DNA from: Aquificaceae bacterium
Lineage (GTDB): Bacteria; Aquificota; Aquificia; Aquificales; Aquificaceae
Length of the DNA stretch: 64,000 bases
Assembly: GCA_037925075.1 (NCBI GenBank)
Contig: JAXSNR010000001.1
Location: 544,001-608,000 of the forward strand
Direction of reading: 5' to 3'
Shown: one piece after another, positions 21,412 to 31,090 of the stretch
Layout: each line of letters starts with the position of its first letter
Numbering within the stretch: the stretch's first letter is position 1
The notes under the pieces: model-generated
Database searches by the model: none
The model's input: only the letters and a program-made list of their open reading frames with translations
What the model was told of the DNA's origin: nothing
Translations under genes and position numbers: made by a program

Positions 21412-22494
21412 AGGACTTCCAGCTTTGCCCTCAAAGCACCTGCGGATTTAATAGCCTGCAAAACGGATATTATCTCTCTTGGAGTTTGCACCTATTCTAT
21501 TGAGAGAATCTACAAGCTGTGAGACGGTAGCACCCCTTAGTTCCAAAAGCCTTGCCTCCTTTTCTTCAACTTTGAGCTCCGTTCTGGGAACCGTTCTTGT
21601 CTCTCCGGGAGGTAAAGGAGGAGGTTGAACCACTTGTGGGGCTTCTTTGATGGTGACCGTAAGACTACCAACCGCTACCGAGACGGGGCTTATGGTAGCA
21701 TCACCACCCAAGAGAACTGTCCCAGTCCTACCATCTATAACCACCCTTGCAAAGGAGGGCATATCAATTCTTACATCCTCAACCTTAGCCAGGAAATCTA
21801 CAGGGTTCATATCCTTTGGTATCCTAAGCTTGACGGTGCTTGCATCCACAGCCTGAGCCACCTGCATACCAAACTCTGTGTTTATCCTATCTTGAATTAG
21901 CCTTGCGGTGGAAAAACTAGGGCTATCAAGGTAAAGGTTAACCTCCTCAGACATTCCCTGCAAAGGTAATTCCCTCTCCACAAGGGCACCATTTGGTATT
22001 CTACCTACTGTGGGCGTGTTTTTTACTTGCTGAGCTCCTCTACCTCTTGCCTCATAGCCACCAACTATGACCTGACCCTGAGCCAAGGCGTAGACCTCAC
22101 CATCTGGACCTCTCAGTGGAGTAAGAAGAAGAGTGCCACCCTCAAGACTTTTAGCGTCACCCACAGATGAGACCTCCACATCTATAGCCATTCCCGGCTT
22201 TGCGTAGGGAGGGAGCTTGGCAGTAACCATAACCGCTGCCACGTTTTTTGTGGTCATCCTTCTTGGGTCCACCACGATGCCCATCCTATTTAGCATATTG
22301 GCTATGCTCTTTACCGTAAACAAGGTGCTCTTACCGTCTCCCGTACCCTTAAGCCCCACCACTAAACCATAACCCACAAGATAGTTGCTCCTGTTTCCCT
22401 CTATGGTTGCCACATCCCCTACGCGTGTGGCAAAGCTAAAGGAGAAAAAAAGCATCAGAAGGGCAAGACCTTTGCAAGTATTTTTGCAAACCAT
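21408..22494 (-). pseudogene. flgI: Flagellar P-ring protein FlgI with a one-base-insertion frameshift near the C-terminus (real lesion or sequencing error)
   Basis: LVGYGLVVGLKGTGD, NVAAVMVTA, GDAKSLEGGTL; removing one A at 21485-21487 restores GATPREIISVLQAIKSAGALRAKLEVL* ending at 21408. Confidence 0.85.
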
Positions 22495-23120
22495 CCAGGG
22501 TTACCTCCATCCACTAGAAAGCCTTTTCCATCTATGAAAACTTCAAGGTTTGCTATTTTATCGCTGGAGACCGTGTTAGTGCTATCTATGTCCTCAGCTC
22601 TAACAATGCCCCTTAGAATAACTTCCCTTTGTGAGTTGTTCATAATTATGTTTTTCCTAGCCTCTACGAGCATAGTATTGTTGGGATACACTCTCATAAT
22701 TCTTCCTGCAAGCTTTGTAGTCAAAAGGCCCGTCTGCTGGACTTTGCCAGAGCCCTTTGTGTTTATCTGCCCAGAGCCTTGACCTCCTATGTCCGTAAGG
22801 GTGTTCTGCGAAAGGCCAAAAAAGGAGCTTATTCCTTGTTGAAAGGCGGAGGACCTTTGCGTTTGGTTTGAAATGCTTTCTATCGCACTCATACTTTCTA
22901 CCACCTGAAGGAATATCACATCCCCCACCTTGCTTGCCCTTCTTTCTGAGTAGAGGTCTTGATAGCCATTTTTTGGCATAAGGCTTCCCTTTGAGGCATA
23001 CTCAGCCCTTTCCTCACCGGCGGGATACGGGTTTCTCCTCTCATAATCTTCCAAAGTACTCAATTTTGGACCGCAGGAGAAGACTAAAAGCCAAACTGCT
23101 AAGAGCCACAACCTCCCCAT
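22455..23120 (-). CDS. flgH: Flagellar L-ring lipoprotein FlgH
   Basis: Lipobox VFSC, RASKVGD, LRGIVRAEDI, PGWF..LPF; adjacent to flgI. Confidence 0.92.
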   Translation of the reverse strand: MGRLWLLAVWLLVFSCGPKLSTLEDYERRNPYPAGEERAEYASKGSLMPKNGYQDLYSERRASKVGDVIFLQVVESMSAIESISNQTQRSSAFQQGISSFFGLSQNTLTDIGGQGSGQINTKGSGKVQQTGLLTTKLAGRIMRVYPNNTMLVEARKNIIMNNSQREVILRGIVRAEDIDSTNTVSSDKIANLEVFIDGKGFLVDGGNPGWFAKILAKVLPF

Positions 23121-23130
23121 GCTTAATAAT

Positions 23131-24864
23131 TTAATCCTTCTCCCACCTCTTGTTTATAGAAGCCTCCACCTCCACAGGCACTTGCTTAAGCACTATCTTT
23201 CCTGCATGCTTCATTGCCCTTTCAAGAAGCTCCTTAACCCTATCCGCAACAGTTTCTTCACATTCCACAACCACCTCGTCATGAACAAGGTTAACCACAT
23301 CCGCCTTTAAGTTCTCTTTCCTTAGCTCTGCATCAAACATAAGCACAGAAAGTTTAAGGAGGTCTGCGCCAGTGCCCTGTATGGGATAGTTTACCGCATC
23401 TGGGAAGGTATGAGCTACATAAGGTCTTCCCAACAAGGTATAACCTCTTGACTCCTTAAACTCTCTTAACTCCCTTTTCACCTTTTCGTGCCATGCTTTT
23501 ATGGCTGTGTAGTAGGCAAAAAAACTTTCCCTTATTCTTTGGGCTTCTTCCAAAGAAAGGTTAACTCCGTATGTTTTTGCATACTCCACAAGACCCTTTG
23601 CGGATATACCGTAGATAAGGCCAAAATTTACCGCCTTTGCAAGCTGGCGTTCTTCTTTTGTTATCTGATCCTCAGGTTTGCCCAAGAATACGCCCGCAGT
23701 ATAACGATGTAGGTCTCTGCCCTGCATAAAAGCCTGCATCATCTTTTCCTCCCCCACATACTCGCTTGCAATTCTCAGCTCAATTTGGGAAAAGTCCGCT
23801 ATGACGAAGGTCTTTCCTTCCTCTGCTTTAAATATGCTTCTAAGATTTCTCGGTATGTTTTGCACATTAGGGTTCATGCTTGCCATTCTACCTGTGATAG
23901 CACCTATCTGCTTAAACTCCGGATATACCCTACTACCCTTGAGTTTTTCCCTTATCTCCTGAAGTTTTTCTATGGTCTTTTTCAGACCCCTTATTTCAAG
24001 AAGCTCAGATACCACAGAATGAAGAGAATACTCCGCAAGAACCTTATCGTCGGTGGAAATGTTTCCCTTTTCAGTTTTTGGAAGGTCAAGACCAAACCTT
24101 TTTGTGAGAAGTTCTCCCACCTGCTTTGGAGACATGGGATCTGTCCTGTATCGCGTCATAAAGTCCATTACCTTCCTTTTTAAGAACCTTTCCTGTTCTT
24201 TTAACTTCCTTTCTAACTCTTCCCTATCCACCGGTATGCCCTTCATCTCCATCTTTGTCACTTCTTGCACAAAGGCCATTTCCACTATGGCAACAGGATT
24301 GACAAGCCCAAAGACCTTTGAAGTCCTCGTTTTCAGAAGGATCTCTTCCCTGTGAGTGTGTTCATTGAGCTTTTCAAGAAGAAGGTAAAAAAGGTCTCTC
24401 ACCACCTTAACATCCAGAGCCGCGTACTCTAACTGTTCCCTTCCAAGAAAGGGCTGTCCCCAGTTGGAAGCCTGAAGACTCTTGTCCAAAACCTGCCCCA
24501 GATAGTGCATGGCGACCTTTTGAAGAGAGTGCTTATCCGTGTTTCCAAGAAGTTGGCTTGCTATCATGGTATCAAAGACCGCATAGGGCTCTATCCCATA
24601 GGCGTAAAGATATTTAAGGTCAAACTTAAGATTGTGGCCCACTATGCCCTTGTGGGAGAGCAAGCTTTTAAGAAAAAGAACACCTTCTTCTCCAAGGTCA
24701 AAGAGGTCAAGTATGAATATGTCCTCTTGACCTCCAATCTGAACAAGCCTTATCTGATTGCTGGAAACTTCCGTATCAAGGAAGAGGTACTTTTCACCTT
24801 TGAGGTGTTCGTATACGCTGCCGAGCCTCTCCCTTGATCTTATGTAGCTAAACTTTGGCACCAT
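23131..24864 (-). CDS. polA: Family A DNA polymerase with 3'-5' exonuclease, no 5'-3' exonuclease
   Basis: LDTE, GHNLKFD, YAALD; TGRM..NPNVQNIP, ADFSQIELR, RQLAKAVNFGLIYG, VHDE; only 577 aa. Confidence 0.95.
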   Translation of the reverse strand: MVPKFSYIRSRERLGSVYEHLKGEKYLFLDTEVSSNQIRLVQIGGQEDIFILDLFDLGEEGVLFLKSLLSHKGIVGHNLKFDLKYLYAYGIEPYAVFDTMIASQLLGNTDKHSLQKVAMHYLGQVLDKSLQASNWGQPFLGREQLEYAALDVKVVRDLFYLLLEKLNEHTHREEILLKTRTSKVFGLVNPVAIVEMAFVQEVTKMEMKGIPVDREELERKLKEQERFLKRKVMDFMTRYRTDPMSPKQVGELLTKRFGLDLPKTEKGNISTDDKVLAEYSLHSVVSELLEIRGLKKTIEKLQEIREKLKGSRVYPEFKQIGAITGRMASMNPNVQNIPRNLRSIFKAEEGKTFVIADFSQIELRIASEYVGEEKMMQAFMQGRDLHRYTAGVFLGKPEDQITKEERQLAKAVNFGLIYGISAKGLVEYAKTYGVNLSLEEAQRIRESFFAYYTAIKAWHEKVKRELREFKESRGYTLLGRPYVAHTFPDAVNYPIQGTGADLLKLSVLMFDAELRKENLKADVVNLVHDEVVVECEETVADRVKELLERAMKHAGKIVLKQVPVEVEASINKRWEKD

Positions 24865-25333
24865 GCTTTAGACTAATCTTCTCAAGGTCAACCCACATGG
24901 CTATCTCGTCGCATGATGGAAACTTGACGCAGTTTATACACTCACCCCAGACTTTGTGCGGAAGTTTTACCTTTTCCACTTCTTCAAAGCTTAACCTTGA
25001 GAAAAAGCTTTGGGCGTAGGTTAAGACAAAGACTTTTTTGACACCAAGCTCCTTAGCCTCTTTTAGGCATGCCTCCACAAGCTTGGTACCTATTCCCATG
25101 CCCTTGTGCCTTTCGCTTACCGCAAGGCTTTTTATCTCCGCGAGGTCTTCCCAGACTATATGAAGAGCACCACATCCCACAAACTCCCCCTCTAATTCGC
25201 ATACCCAAAAATCCCTTATGTTTTCGTATATAGAGTTAAGGCTCCTTGGAAGAAGCAAACCCTCCTTGGCATACTGATTTATTAGGTTGTATATATCTCC
25301 AGCATCTTCTAGCTTTGCCTTTCTTATCACCAT
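24848..25333 (-). CDS. GNAT N-acetyltransferase, short ArgA-type
   Basis: LLLPRS, LAEIKSLAV, GMGIG, LPHKVWGECINC. Confidence 0.85.
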   Translation of the reverse strand: MVIRKAKLEDAGDIYNLINQYAKEGLLLPRSLNSIYENIRDFWVCELEGEFVGCGALHIVWEDLAEIKSLAVSERHKGMGIGTKLVEACLKEAKELGVKKVFVLTYAQSFFSRLSFEEVEKVKLPHKVWGECINCVKFPSCDEIAMWVDLEKISLKHGAKV

Positions 25334-26376
25334 TCAAAACTCTGAACTACTATGTAGCCTTGTTTATTGGCTTCTTCCAAAAAGCTTTTACTGGCGAAGT
25401 GAGTAATTATGACTGGCACCACCTTTTCTGGAGAGTATTCTCTGTACTCCTCAAGGGCTATCCTTATCTTTTCCTCCAATTCCTCAAACACCTCCTTAGC
25501 CCTTTCCGGTCCTATGGATAACCTGCTTTTTGCCTCACCCACTATTAAAACCCTTTCTCCGTTTCTTTGTCCCTCCGCCAACAAATTTATTTCTTTACCT
25601 TTTATTTCCCTCCTAATCATGCGGTTATAAACCTTTATCCCAAAGTTCCTTTCAAGATAACCGGGCAAGTTCCTGTATGCCTCGTTCTCAAGCATATAAC
25701 CCATCGTTTGGTCTATACCACCAAGCTTTCTATTTAAATCTCTCTGAGATAGTAAAACCTCTTGCAAAATAATTTGCGTTTTCTTAGATTCCTCCGCAAG
25801 TTCCGCGAATTTTTGCTCGGTTATCTTCTTGTATTCTCTTAGCTCCTCTTCCGTCCTTCTCTGGGCTTCAGCGAGTTCCGCAAATTTCTGCTCTGTTATC
25901 TTTTTGTATTCTCTTAGTTCTTCTTCTGTTTTTTTCTGGGCTTCCGCAAGCTCGGCAAACCTTTGCTCAGTTATCTTTTTGTACTCTTTTAGCTCCTCTT
26001 TTGTTCTTCTCTGAGCCTCCGCAAGCTCCGCCACCTTTTGTTCGGTTTTCTTCTGAGCTTCCGAAAGCTCTGCCAGTTTCTGTTCTGTTCTCTTCTGTGC
26101 CTCTGAAAGCTCAGCTATCTTCTGCTCAGTCTTCTTCTGTGCTTCAGTTAGTTCCAATATGCTTTCGTCCACCTTTCTTTGATTTTGAGCAAGCTCTCTT
26201 ACCACATCTTTGAGAGACTCAATGGATTTTTCAAGTCTATCTATAGCCTCCTTTACTTCCATAAAATCTGTCGCTTTCACCAGTTGGTCTAAAAACTTGA
26301 TAAATTCCGCTAGCACCTCCACCTGTTCTGGTGTAAAGACCGCACGCATTTTTGAAAGAAGCTCTTCCACCTTCAT
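25327..26376 (-). CDS. Coiled-coil repeat protein with C-terminal PD-(D/E)XK-like domain
   Basis: ELxEAQ(K/R)(K/R)TE repeats; C-terminal EINL...VGEAK; overlaps both neighbours. Confidence 0.8.
   Translation of the reverse strand: MKVEELLSKMRAVFTPEQVEVLAEFIKFLDQLVKATDFMEVKEAIDRLEKSIESLKDVVRELAQNQRKVDESILELTEAQKKTEQKIAELSEAQKRTEQKLAELSEAQKKTEQKVAELAEAQRRTKEELKEYKKITEQRFAELAEAQKKTEEELREYKKITEQKFAELAEAQRRTEEELREYKKITEQKFAELAEESKKTQIILQEVLLSQRDLNRKLGGIDQTMGYMLENEAYRNLPGYLERNFGIKVYNRMIRREIKGKEINLLAEGQRNGERVLIVGEAKSRLSIGPERAKEVFEELEEKIRIALEEYREYSPEKVVPVIITHFASKSFLEEANKQGYIVVQSFEW
25795..26150 (-). repeat. Intragenic tandem repeats: three 75-bp (25 aa) units plus about four 42-bp (14 aa) units
   Basis: Equivalent positions at 25801, 25876, 25951; protein unit AELAEAQxxTxEELxEYKKITEQxF. 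Confidence 0.85.
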
Positions 26377-27668
26377 CCCTTTAAAATATAGTCAATATGT
26401 TTGTAAAAATCTGGATAAGATACCGCAACGCACTCAGGATCATCTATTATAGTCTCTCCTTCCGCGACAAGCCCCGCTATGGAAAAAGCCATGGCTATCC
26501 TATGGTCTCCGTAGGTTTTTATGGTGGCACCCTTTAGCCTTTCAACGCCTTCTATCTCAAAGCCATCCTCAAGCTCTTCCATCTTTGCACCCATGGCTCT
26601 TAGGTTTTCCACCACCGCTTTTATTCGGTCGCTTTCTTTTACGCGAAGCTCCTGAGCACCCCTTACAGTGGATCTTCCTTCCGCCAGAGCCATAACTATT
26701 GCCAAAATAGGAAGCTCGTCAATCATGGAAGGCACTTCCTCCGAAGCCACCTCCGCACCCTTCAGCCTTCCATTGTATTTAACATACACATCCGCCACAG
26801 GCTCTCCAGATATCTCCCTTAAATTTTCATACCTTATATAAGCTCCCATCTGTATAAGCTTTCTAAAAAAGCCATCCCGTGTGGGATTTACTAAAACATC
26901 CTTTAGGAGAAGTTCCGAGCCTTCAAGAAGGCATGCCAAGGCTACGAAAAAACTGGCGGAGGATGGGTCCGCAGGACAGTATATGTCCGTTCCTTTTAGG
27001 CTTTGACCACCTTTTAGCTTTATCACATGTCCCTCTTTGCCTTCCATCTGTATTAGGCTTACACCAAAAGCCCTTAGCATCCTTTCCGTGTGGTCCCTTG
27101 ATAGGATAGGCTCCACAATTTCTATGTACCCTTCCGCCCTTAGACCCGCAAGCAATAGTGCAGACTTTACCTGAGCGGAAGCCCTTTTGTTGAAGAAGGA
27201 AATTCCCTTTAGCTTACCACCTCTTACGCATATGGGTAGTTTGTTGCCTCCTTCTCTTCCATCAAGGAATGCTCCCATTTGTCTAAGAGGCTCCACTACC
27301 CTAAGCATGGGTCTCTGCCTGAGGCTTTGGTCTCCTGTGATAACGCTAAAAAAGGGTTGGGTTGACAAAATACCAAGCATAAGCCTTGCGGTTGTTCCCG
27401 AGTTTTTCGCATCAAGCACATGGGAAGGCTCAAAAAATTGAAAGTTCCTTCCCAAAACCTTTAGCTCTTTGCCCTTCCTTTTTACTTCTACTCCAAGGCT
27501 TTGTACCATCTCTAGAGTAGCCTCCGTGTCCGCGGAGCTAAGCCAATCTCTTATATAGCTTTCTCCTTCCGCCAAAGAAGAAAGCATCACCGCCCTGTGG
27601 GATATGGATTTGTCAGAAGGGACTCTAAGCTCTCCCTTTGCCACCTTTGCCCTTGAAAGCGCGCGCAT
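26373..27668 (-). CDS. aroA: 3-phosphoshikimate 1-carboxyvinyltransferase
   Basis: DKSISHR, NSGTTARL, SAQVKSA, RDHTERM, ELRVKESDRI, DHRIAM. Confidence 0.97.
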   Translation of the reverse strand: MRALSRAKVAKGELRVPSDKSISHRAVMLSSLAEGESYIRDWLSSADTEATLEMVQSLGVEVKRKGKELKVLGRNFQFFEPSHVLDAKNSGTTARLMLGILSTQPFFSVITGDQSLRQRPMLRVVEPLRQMGAFLDGREGGNKLPICVRGGKLKGISFFNKRASAQVKSALLLAGLRAEGYIEIVEPILSRDHTERMLRAFGVSLIQMEGKEGHVIKLKGGQSLKGTDIYCPADPSSASFFVALACLLEGSELLLKDVLVNPTRDGFFRKLIQMGAYIRYENLREISGEPVADVYVKYNGRLKGAEVASEEVPSMIDELPILAIVMALAEGRSTVRGAQELRVKESDRIKAVVENLRAMGAKMEELEDGFEIEGVERLKGATIKTYGDHRIAMAFSIAGLVAEGETIIDDPECVAVSYPDFYKHIDYILKG

Positions 27669-27695
27669 GCGGTTAATTTTAAACCAACCTTTCTT

Positions 27696-28448
27696 TCACC
27701 TTACCATAAGCGTATAAACTCCCACCAAAAGCCCCCAAAGAATTACAAAAAGCCTCACCGCCTTTGGCTTAAATTTTTGAGAAACCCTTGCCCCCAAATA
27801 TCCCCCCAAGGCAAAGCCCGGCATCATAGAAAAGGTGTATATCCAGCTTACCTTACCACTGACTATAAAAATTGTCGCACCAAGTAGGTTTATGGAAAAG
27901 CCCAGAATATTCTTCAAGGCGTTGGCGGTGTGTATGTTTGACACACCAGATAAAGTAAGGCTTGCCAACATCATTATGCCTATGCCTGCACCAAAGTAGG
28001 TTCCATATATGCCGGTGATAAACTGAAGAAGCAAGGCTAAAGGTAAAGTAAATCCCCCTCCTTGTAGCACAAGCCGAGCTAACAAATTTCTTATTACTTC
28101 GCCGAAGGCAAGCATAAAAACCGCAAGAAATATTAAAAAAGGCACTATGGACCTGAAAGTTTCAGAGGGTGTTTTTATAAGAAGAAGGGCACCAGCCACC
28201 GCACCCACAAGGGAGGAAAGAAGAAAGGGCAAAAGGAGGCCCTTTGTCTGTTTTATTCTTCTTCTGAAGCCAAAGGCACCCGAAAGAGAACCCACCCAAA
28301 GAGCTACCGTGTTGGTTATGTTGGCAACCACAGGGTCAAGCCCAAGCCACACAAGAGTGGGAAAGGTAATAAGCGTTCCACCACCAGCAACCGAGTTTAT
28401 AGCCCCAGCAAGCACGGAGGCACCAAAGGCCAAAAGGTAAAACTCCAT
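27696..28448 (-). CDS. Sulfite exporter TauE/SafE (DUF81) family membrane protein
   Basis: AGAINSVAGGG, YGTYFGAGIG, ANALKN; multi-TM. Confidence 0.88.
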   Translation of the reverse strand: MEFYLLAFGASVLAGAINSVAGGGTLITFPTLVWLGLDPVVANITNTVALWVGSLSGAFGFRRRIKQTKGLLLPFLLSSLVGAVAGALLLIKTPSETFRSIVPFLIFLAVFMLAFGEVIRNLLARLVLQGGGFTLPLALLLQFITGIYGTYFGAGIGIMMLASLTLSGVSNIHTANALKNILGFSINLLGATIFIVSGKVSWIYTFSMMPGFALGGYLGARVSQKFKPKAVRLFVILWGLLVGVYTLMVR

Positions 28449-29068
28449 TAGACTATCTTTCCAAACTCCTCAAACTTAAACCTGTAAGCCCTTGGCAAAA
28501 GTTCTTTTGATAGGTCTTTGTAGCCTATGGCTATGACCATGGGTACCACCTTGTGGTCTTCTATCTGTAAAAACTCTTTTAGCTTTGTCTCGTCGTAACC
28601 TTCCATAGGATGGGTTTCAAGTCCATAGGCTCTGGCAACTATCATTATGGTCATTCCAAAAAGAGCTGTATCTCTTACCGCCTTTCTAAAGGCTTTATGA
28701 GGGTCTTGCCAACCTGCGATGATTTGACTTTTAAGGTTTTCTTTTGCCTCTGGTTTTATGTAGCCAAGCTCTATCCAGCTTTGGAGTACTCTATCCACAT
28801 GCTCAAAGCCTGCCCTTGTGTTGGCAATAAGTACAAGGTTTGCACTGGCATCTTCCACCTTTTGCTGGCCATAGCATATATCTTTTAGCTTCCTTTTCTT
28901 TTCCTTATCCTTGACCACTATAACCTCCCAAGGCTGGATGTTGTATCCCGAGGGTGCTGTGGCAGAGATCTCAAGTATTTCCTTTATAAGCTCATCGGGC
29001 ACTTCCCTTGCGGGATCAAAGAAAGTTATGGACCTTCTTTCTGTTATAAGCTTTAAACATTCTTTCAT
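28448..29068 (-). CDS. Nitroreductase family protein
   Basis: ERRSI, APSGYNIQPW, THPMEGYD, IAIG. Confidence 0.92.
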   Translation of the reverse strand: MKECLKLITERRSITFFDPAREVPDELIKEILEISATAPSGYNIQPWEVIVVKDKEKKRKLKDICYGQQKVEDASANLVLIANTRAGFEHVDRVLQSWIELGYIKPEAKENLKSQIIAGWQDPHKAFRKAVRDTALFGMTIMIVARAYGLETHPMEGYDETKLKEFLQIEDHKVVPMVIAIGYKDLSKELLPRAYRFKFEEFGKIV

Positions 29069-29643
29069 AGGACTTCCTCCAGTTCTTTCTTAACCCTTTC
29101 CAGCATGGACCTTCTTTCATCATAACTTACATAAGGCACCGAGTAAAGGAAGAGATGTTTTAAAACCTCTATCCCGCAAAACTTAAAAATGCCTATATCT
29201 GTGGTTTTTATGAGGCATTCCTCCATGCCAGAGGGTTTGTATTCAAGCTCACTGGCTCCAAGAGTGTTTATGATCACAGCTTTTTTATCGGAGAGAAGTC
29301 CCACAAGCTCGCCATCTTTCTCTTCGTAAGCAAAACCATAACTAAAAACCCTGTCTATATATCCCTTTAGTATTGCGGGCATTCCTGCCCACCATACGGG
29401 GTATATGAAAACCAAGAGGCTTGATGCCCTTATTATTTCCTGCTCTTTTCTTATGTCCTCTGGCACATTGCCTGAGAGAAAGACCTCAAAGTCCCTTGCG
29501 GACAAAACAGGATTAAATTCAAGATTATAAAGGTCTCTGAGGTTGTAAGCTATTCCTTTATTCTTTAAGGTCTCAAGTACCACCTCCTTTATGGCATTGT
29601 TGAAGCTTTTTTGATTGGGATGGGCATAAATTACGCATACCAT
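29065..29643 (-). CDS. Flavodoxin-fold NAD(P)H:quinone oxidoreductase (Flavodoxin_2)
   Basis: YAHP..SFN, RDLY, YPVWWAGMPAILKGYIDRV. Confidence 0.9.
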   Translation of the reverse strand: MVCVIYAHPNQKSFNNAIKEVVLETLKNKGIAYNLRDLYNLEFNPVLSARDFEVFLSGNVPEDIRKEQEIIRASSLLVFIYPVWWAGMPAILKGYIDRVFSYGFAYEEKDGELVGLLSDKKAVIINTLGASELEYKPSGMEECLIKTTDIGIFKFCGIEVLKHLFLYSVPYVSYDERRSMLERVKKELEEVL

Positions 29644-29681
29644 GTTAGACCTCCTTTACTTGGAAGATTGACGAAGGCTAT

Positions 29682-29906
29682 CTACTCCTCCTGAAGCTGA
29701 TAATTCCAGTACTCCACGGCTTCTTTTACAGATTCAAGATTTTTCTTAAGGTCTTCTGTAAGACCTTTCATGAACCTCTCACAGCCTTCCACCGGAGCGT
29801 AGCTTGCGCATTCTTCCGCCTCCTCCGCACAAGCGTAAAGCATCTGACTTAGGCTTTCCAGCCTTTGTAGGTATTCTCTTACTCTTTCCCTGTCAAAATT
29901 TTCCAT
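29682..29906 (-). CDS. Small acidic helical protein with 3 Cys
   Basis: 74-aa ORF with GGAGG RBS, inside the operon. Confidence 0.7.
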   Translation of the reverse strand: MENFDRERVREYLQRLESLSQMLYACAEEAEECASYAPVEGCERFMKGLTEDLKKNLESVKEAVEYWNYQLQEE

Positions 29907-29915
29907 AATAGCCTC

Positions 29916-30110
29916 CTACAGCTTTATCTCTATCCTTGAGTTTTCATCGTAGAGGTAAAGCTTTCCTTCCTCTTCGTCCTTTGTCCTTTTGTGTGAACCA
30001 TCGCAGAAGGGAAACTTCTTTGAAAGACCGCACTGGCAAAGGTAGTGGGTTTCCCCACCTGTCTCAAGTTTGTAAGGACCCTTCTCTGTTAGCTTTACAA
30101 GTCTTGCCAT
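29916..30110 (-). CDS. CDGSH iron-sulfur domain protein
   Basis: GP..LCQCGLSKKFPFCDGSH; GAGG RBS. Confidence 0.93.
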   Translation of the reverse strand: MARLVKLTEKGPYKLETGGETHYLCQCGLSKKFPFCDGSHKRTKDEEEGKLYLYDENSRIEIKL

Positions 30111-30111
30111 T

Positions 30112-30534
30112 TTATACCTCCTTTTGTGGTGGATTGTATAAGAAGCCTGTTAGCCCACCCCAAACTATATGAAGCAAAAAGGTGCTGATTTGTGCATTTA
30201 TTGGCATTGGGTTTTGAAACCAGAGGGCTCCTCCAAGACTACCCACGAAGGAAACCACCATAACAAATATGTGCCAAAGCACACCGTAGATTATGCCCTT
30301 TACAAGCCCCGGACCGGGTAGTTTTGTCCATACATAAGGAAGCACCAGAGGTATGGCAAAAAGGGTTGCATCTATCTGGTGCTTTAGCACCCAGCCCCAA
30401 TCCTTTGTGCCGGGAAATATCCCAAAAAGCCCAAACCAGCCCGCATACACCATATCAAGCACCACCATAGCCCACCCACCCATCTGAGACGCAAAGAGAA
30501 AGCTCCAAAAATTTACGTTCCTTATAACACTCAT
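30112..30534 (-). CDS. Hypothetical membrane protein (about 4 TM, conserved-looking His)
   Basis: AGGAGGTG RBS before ATG 30534; hydrophobic segments containing KHQ, WHI, LHIVWG. Confidence 0.8.
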   Translation of the reverse strand: MSVIRNVNFWSFLFASQMGGWAMVVLDMVYAGWFGLFGIFPGTKDWGWVLKHQIDATLFAIPLVLPYVWTKLPGPGLVKGIIYGVLWHIFVMVVSFVGSLGGALWFQNPMPINAQISTFLLHIVWGGLTGFLYNPPQKEV

Positions 30535-30560
30535 AGCGACACCTCCTGTTTTTTGCTTTG

Positions 30561-30589
30561 AGTTTATACCCATATGTATTTTGTGTCAA
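30561..30589 (-). promoter_or_regulatory. Sigma70 promoter of the redox operon with a palindrome in its spacer
   Basis: Minus strand TTGACA(30589-84)-17 bp-TAAACT(30566-61); ATAC-N6-GTAT at 30566-30579. Confidence 0.75.
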
Positions 30590-30620
30590 GAACGGTCTTT
30601 TTTGTTATATACTATCCTTT

Positions 30621-30983
30621 ATGAAACAAAAGAACAATTCCACAGTATGCCCTGCGGAGATTGCCATACAGATACTAAGCGGTAAATGGAAGCTATACAT
30701 ACTCAAAAACCTTATGGATGGCAAGAAGAGGTTTTCTGAACTTCAGAGGGCAATCCCGGGCATTACCCAGAGGATGCTTTCAAAACAGCTCAGAGAGCTT
30801 GAATCCTGTGGTCTTATAAAAAGAACAGTTTATCCAGTGGTGCCTCCCATGGTGGAGTATGAGCTTACGGAGATTGGCAAAAGCCTTGAGGATATCTTTG
30901 AAGCTATGCATCGCTGGGGACTAAGATACATCGAATTTACATCCACAGATGATATAAACTGTCTAGATAGAACTACAAACTAA
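30621..30983 (+). CDS. HxlR/DUF24-family winged-helix regulator
   Basis: VCP, GKWK, RFSELQRAIPGITQRMLSKQLRELE, PPMVEYELT; ATG 30621. Confidence 0.93.
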   Translation: MKQKNNSTVCPAEIAIQILSGKWKLYILKNLMDGKKRFSELQRAIPGITQRMLSKQLRELESCGLIKRTVYPVVPPMVEYELTEIGKSLEDIFEAMHRWGLRYIEFTSTDDINCLDRTTN

Positions 30984-31090
30984 CACCATCATCAAACTTG
31001 AAAAATTAGCATCTGAGAGCTTTACGTTGATTATACAAAAATCCCCTTAGACCATACCCCACACTTCGTAAGTTAAATATATTTAATATC

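Noticed and set aside
30990..31035. Pentapeptide-like remnant on the minus strand (INVKLSDANFSS)
   Set aside because: Too short to support a call
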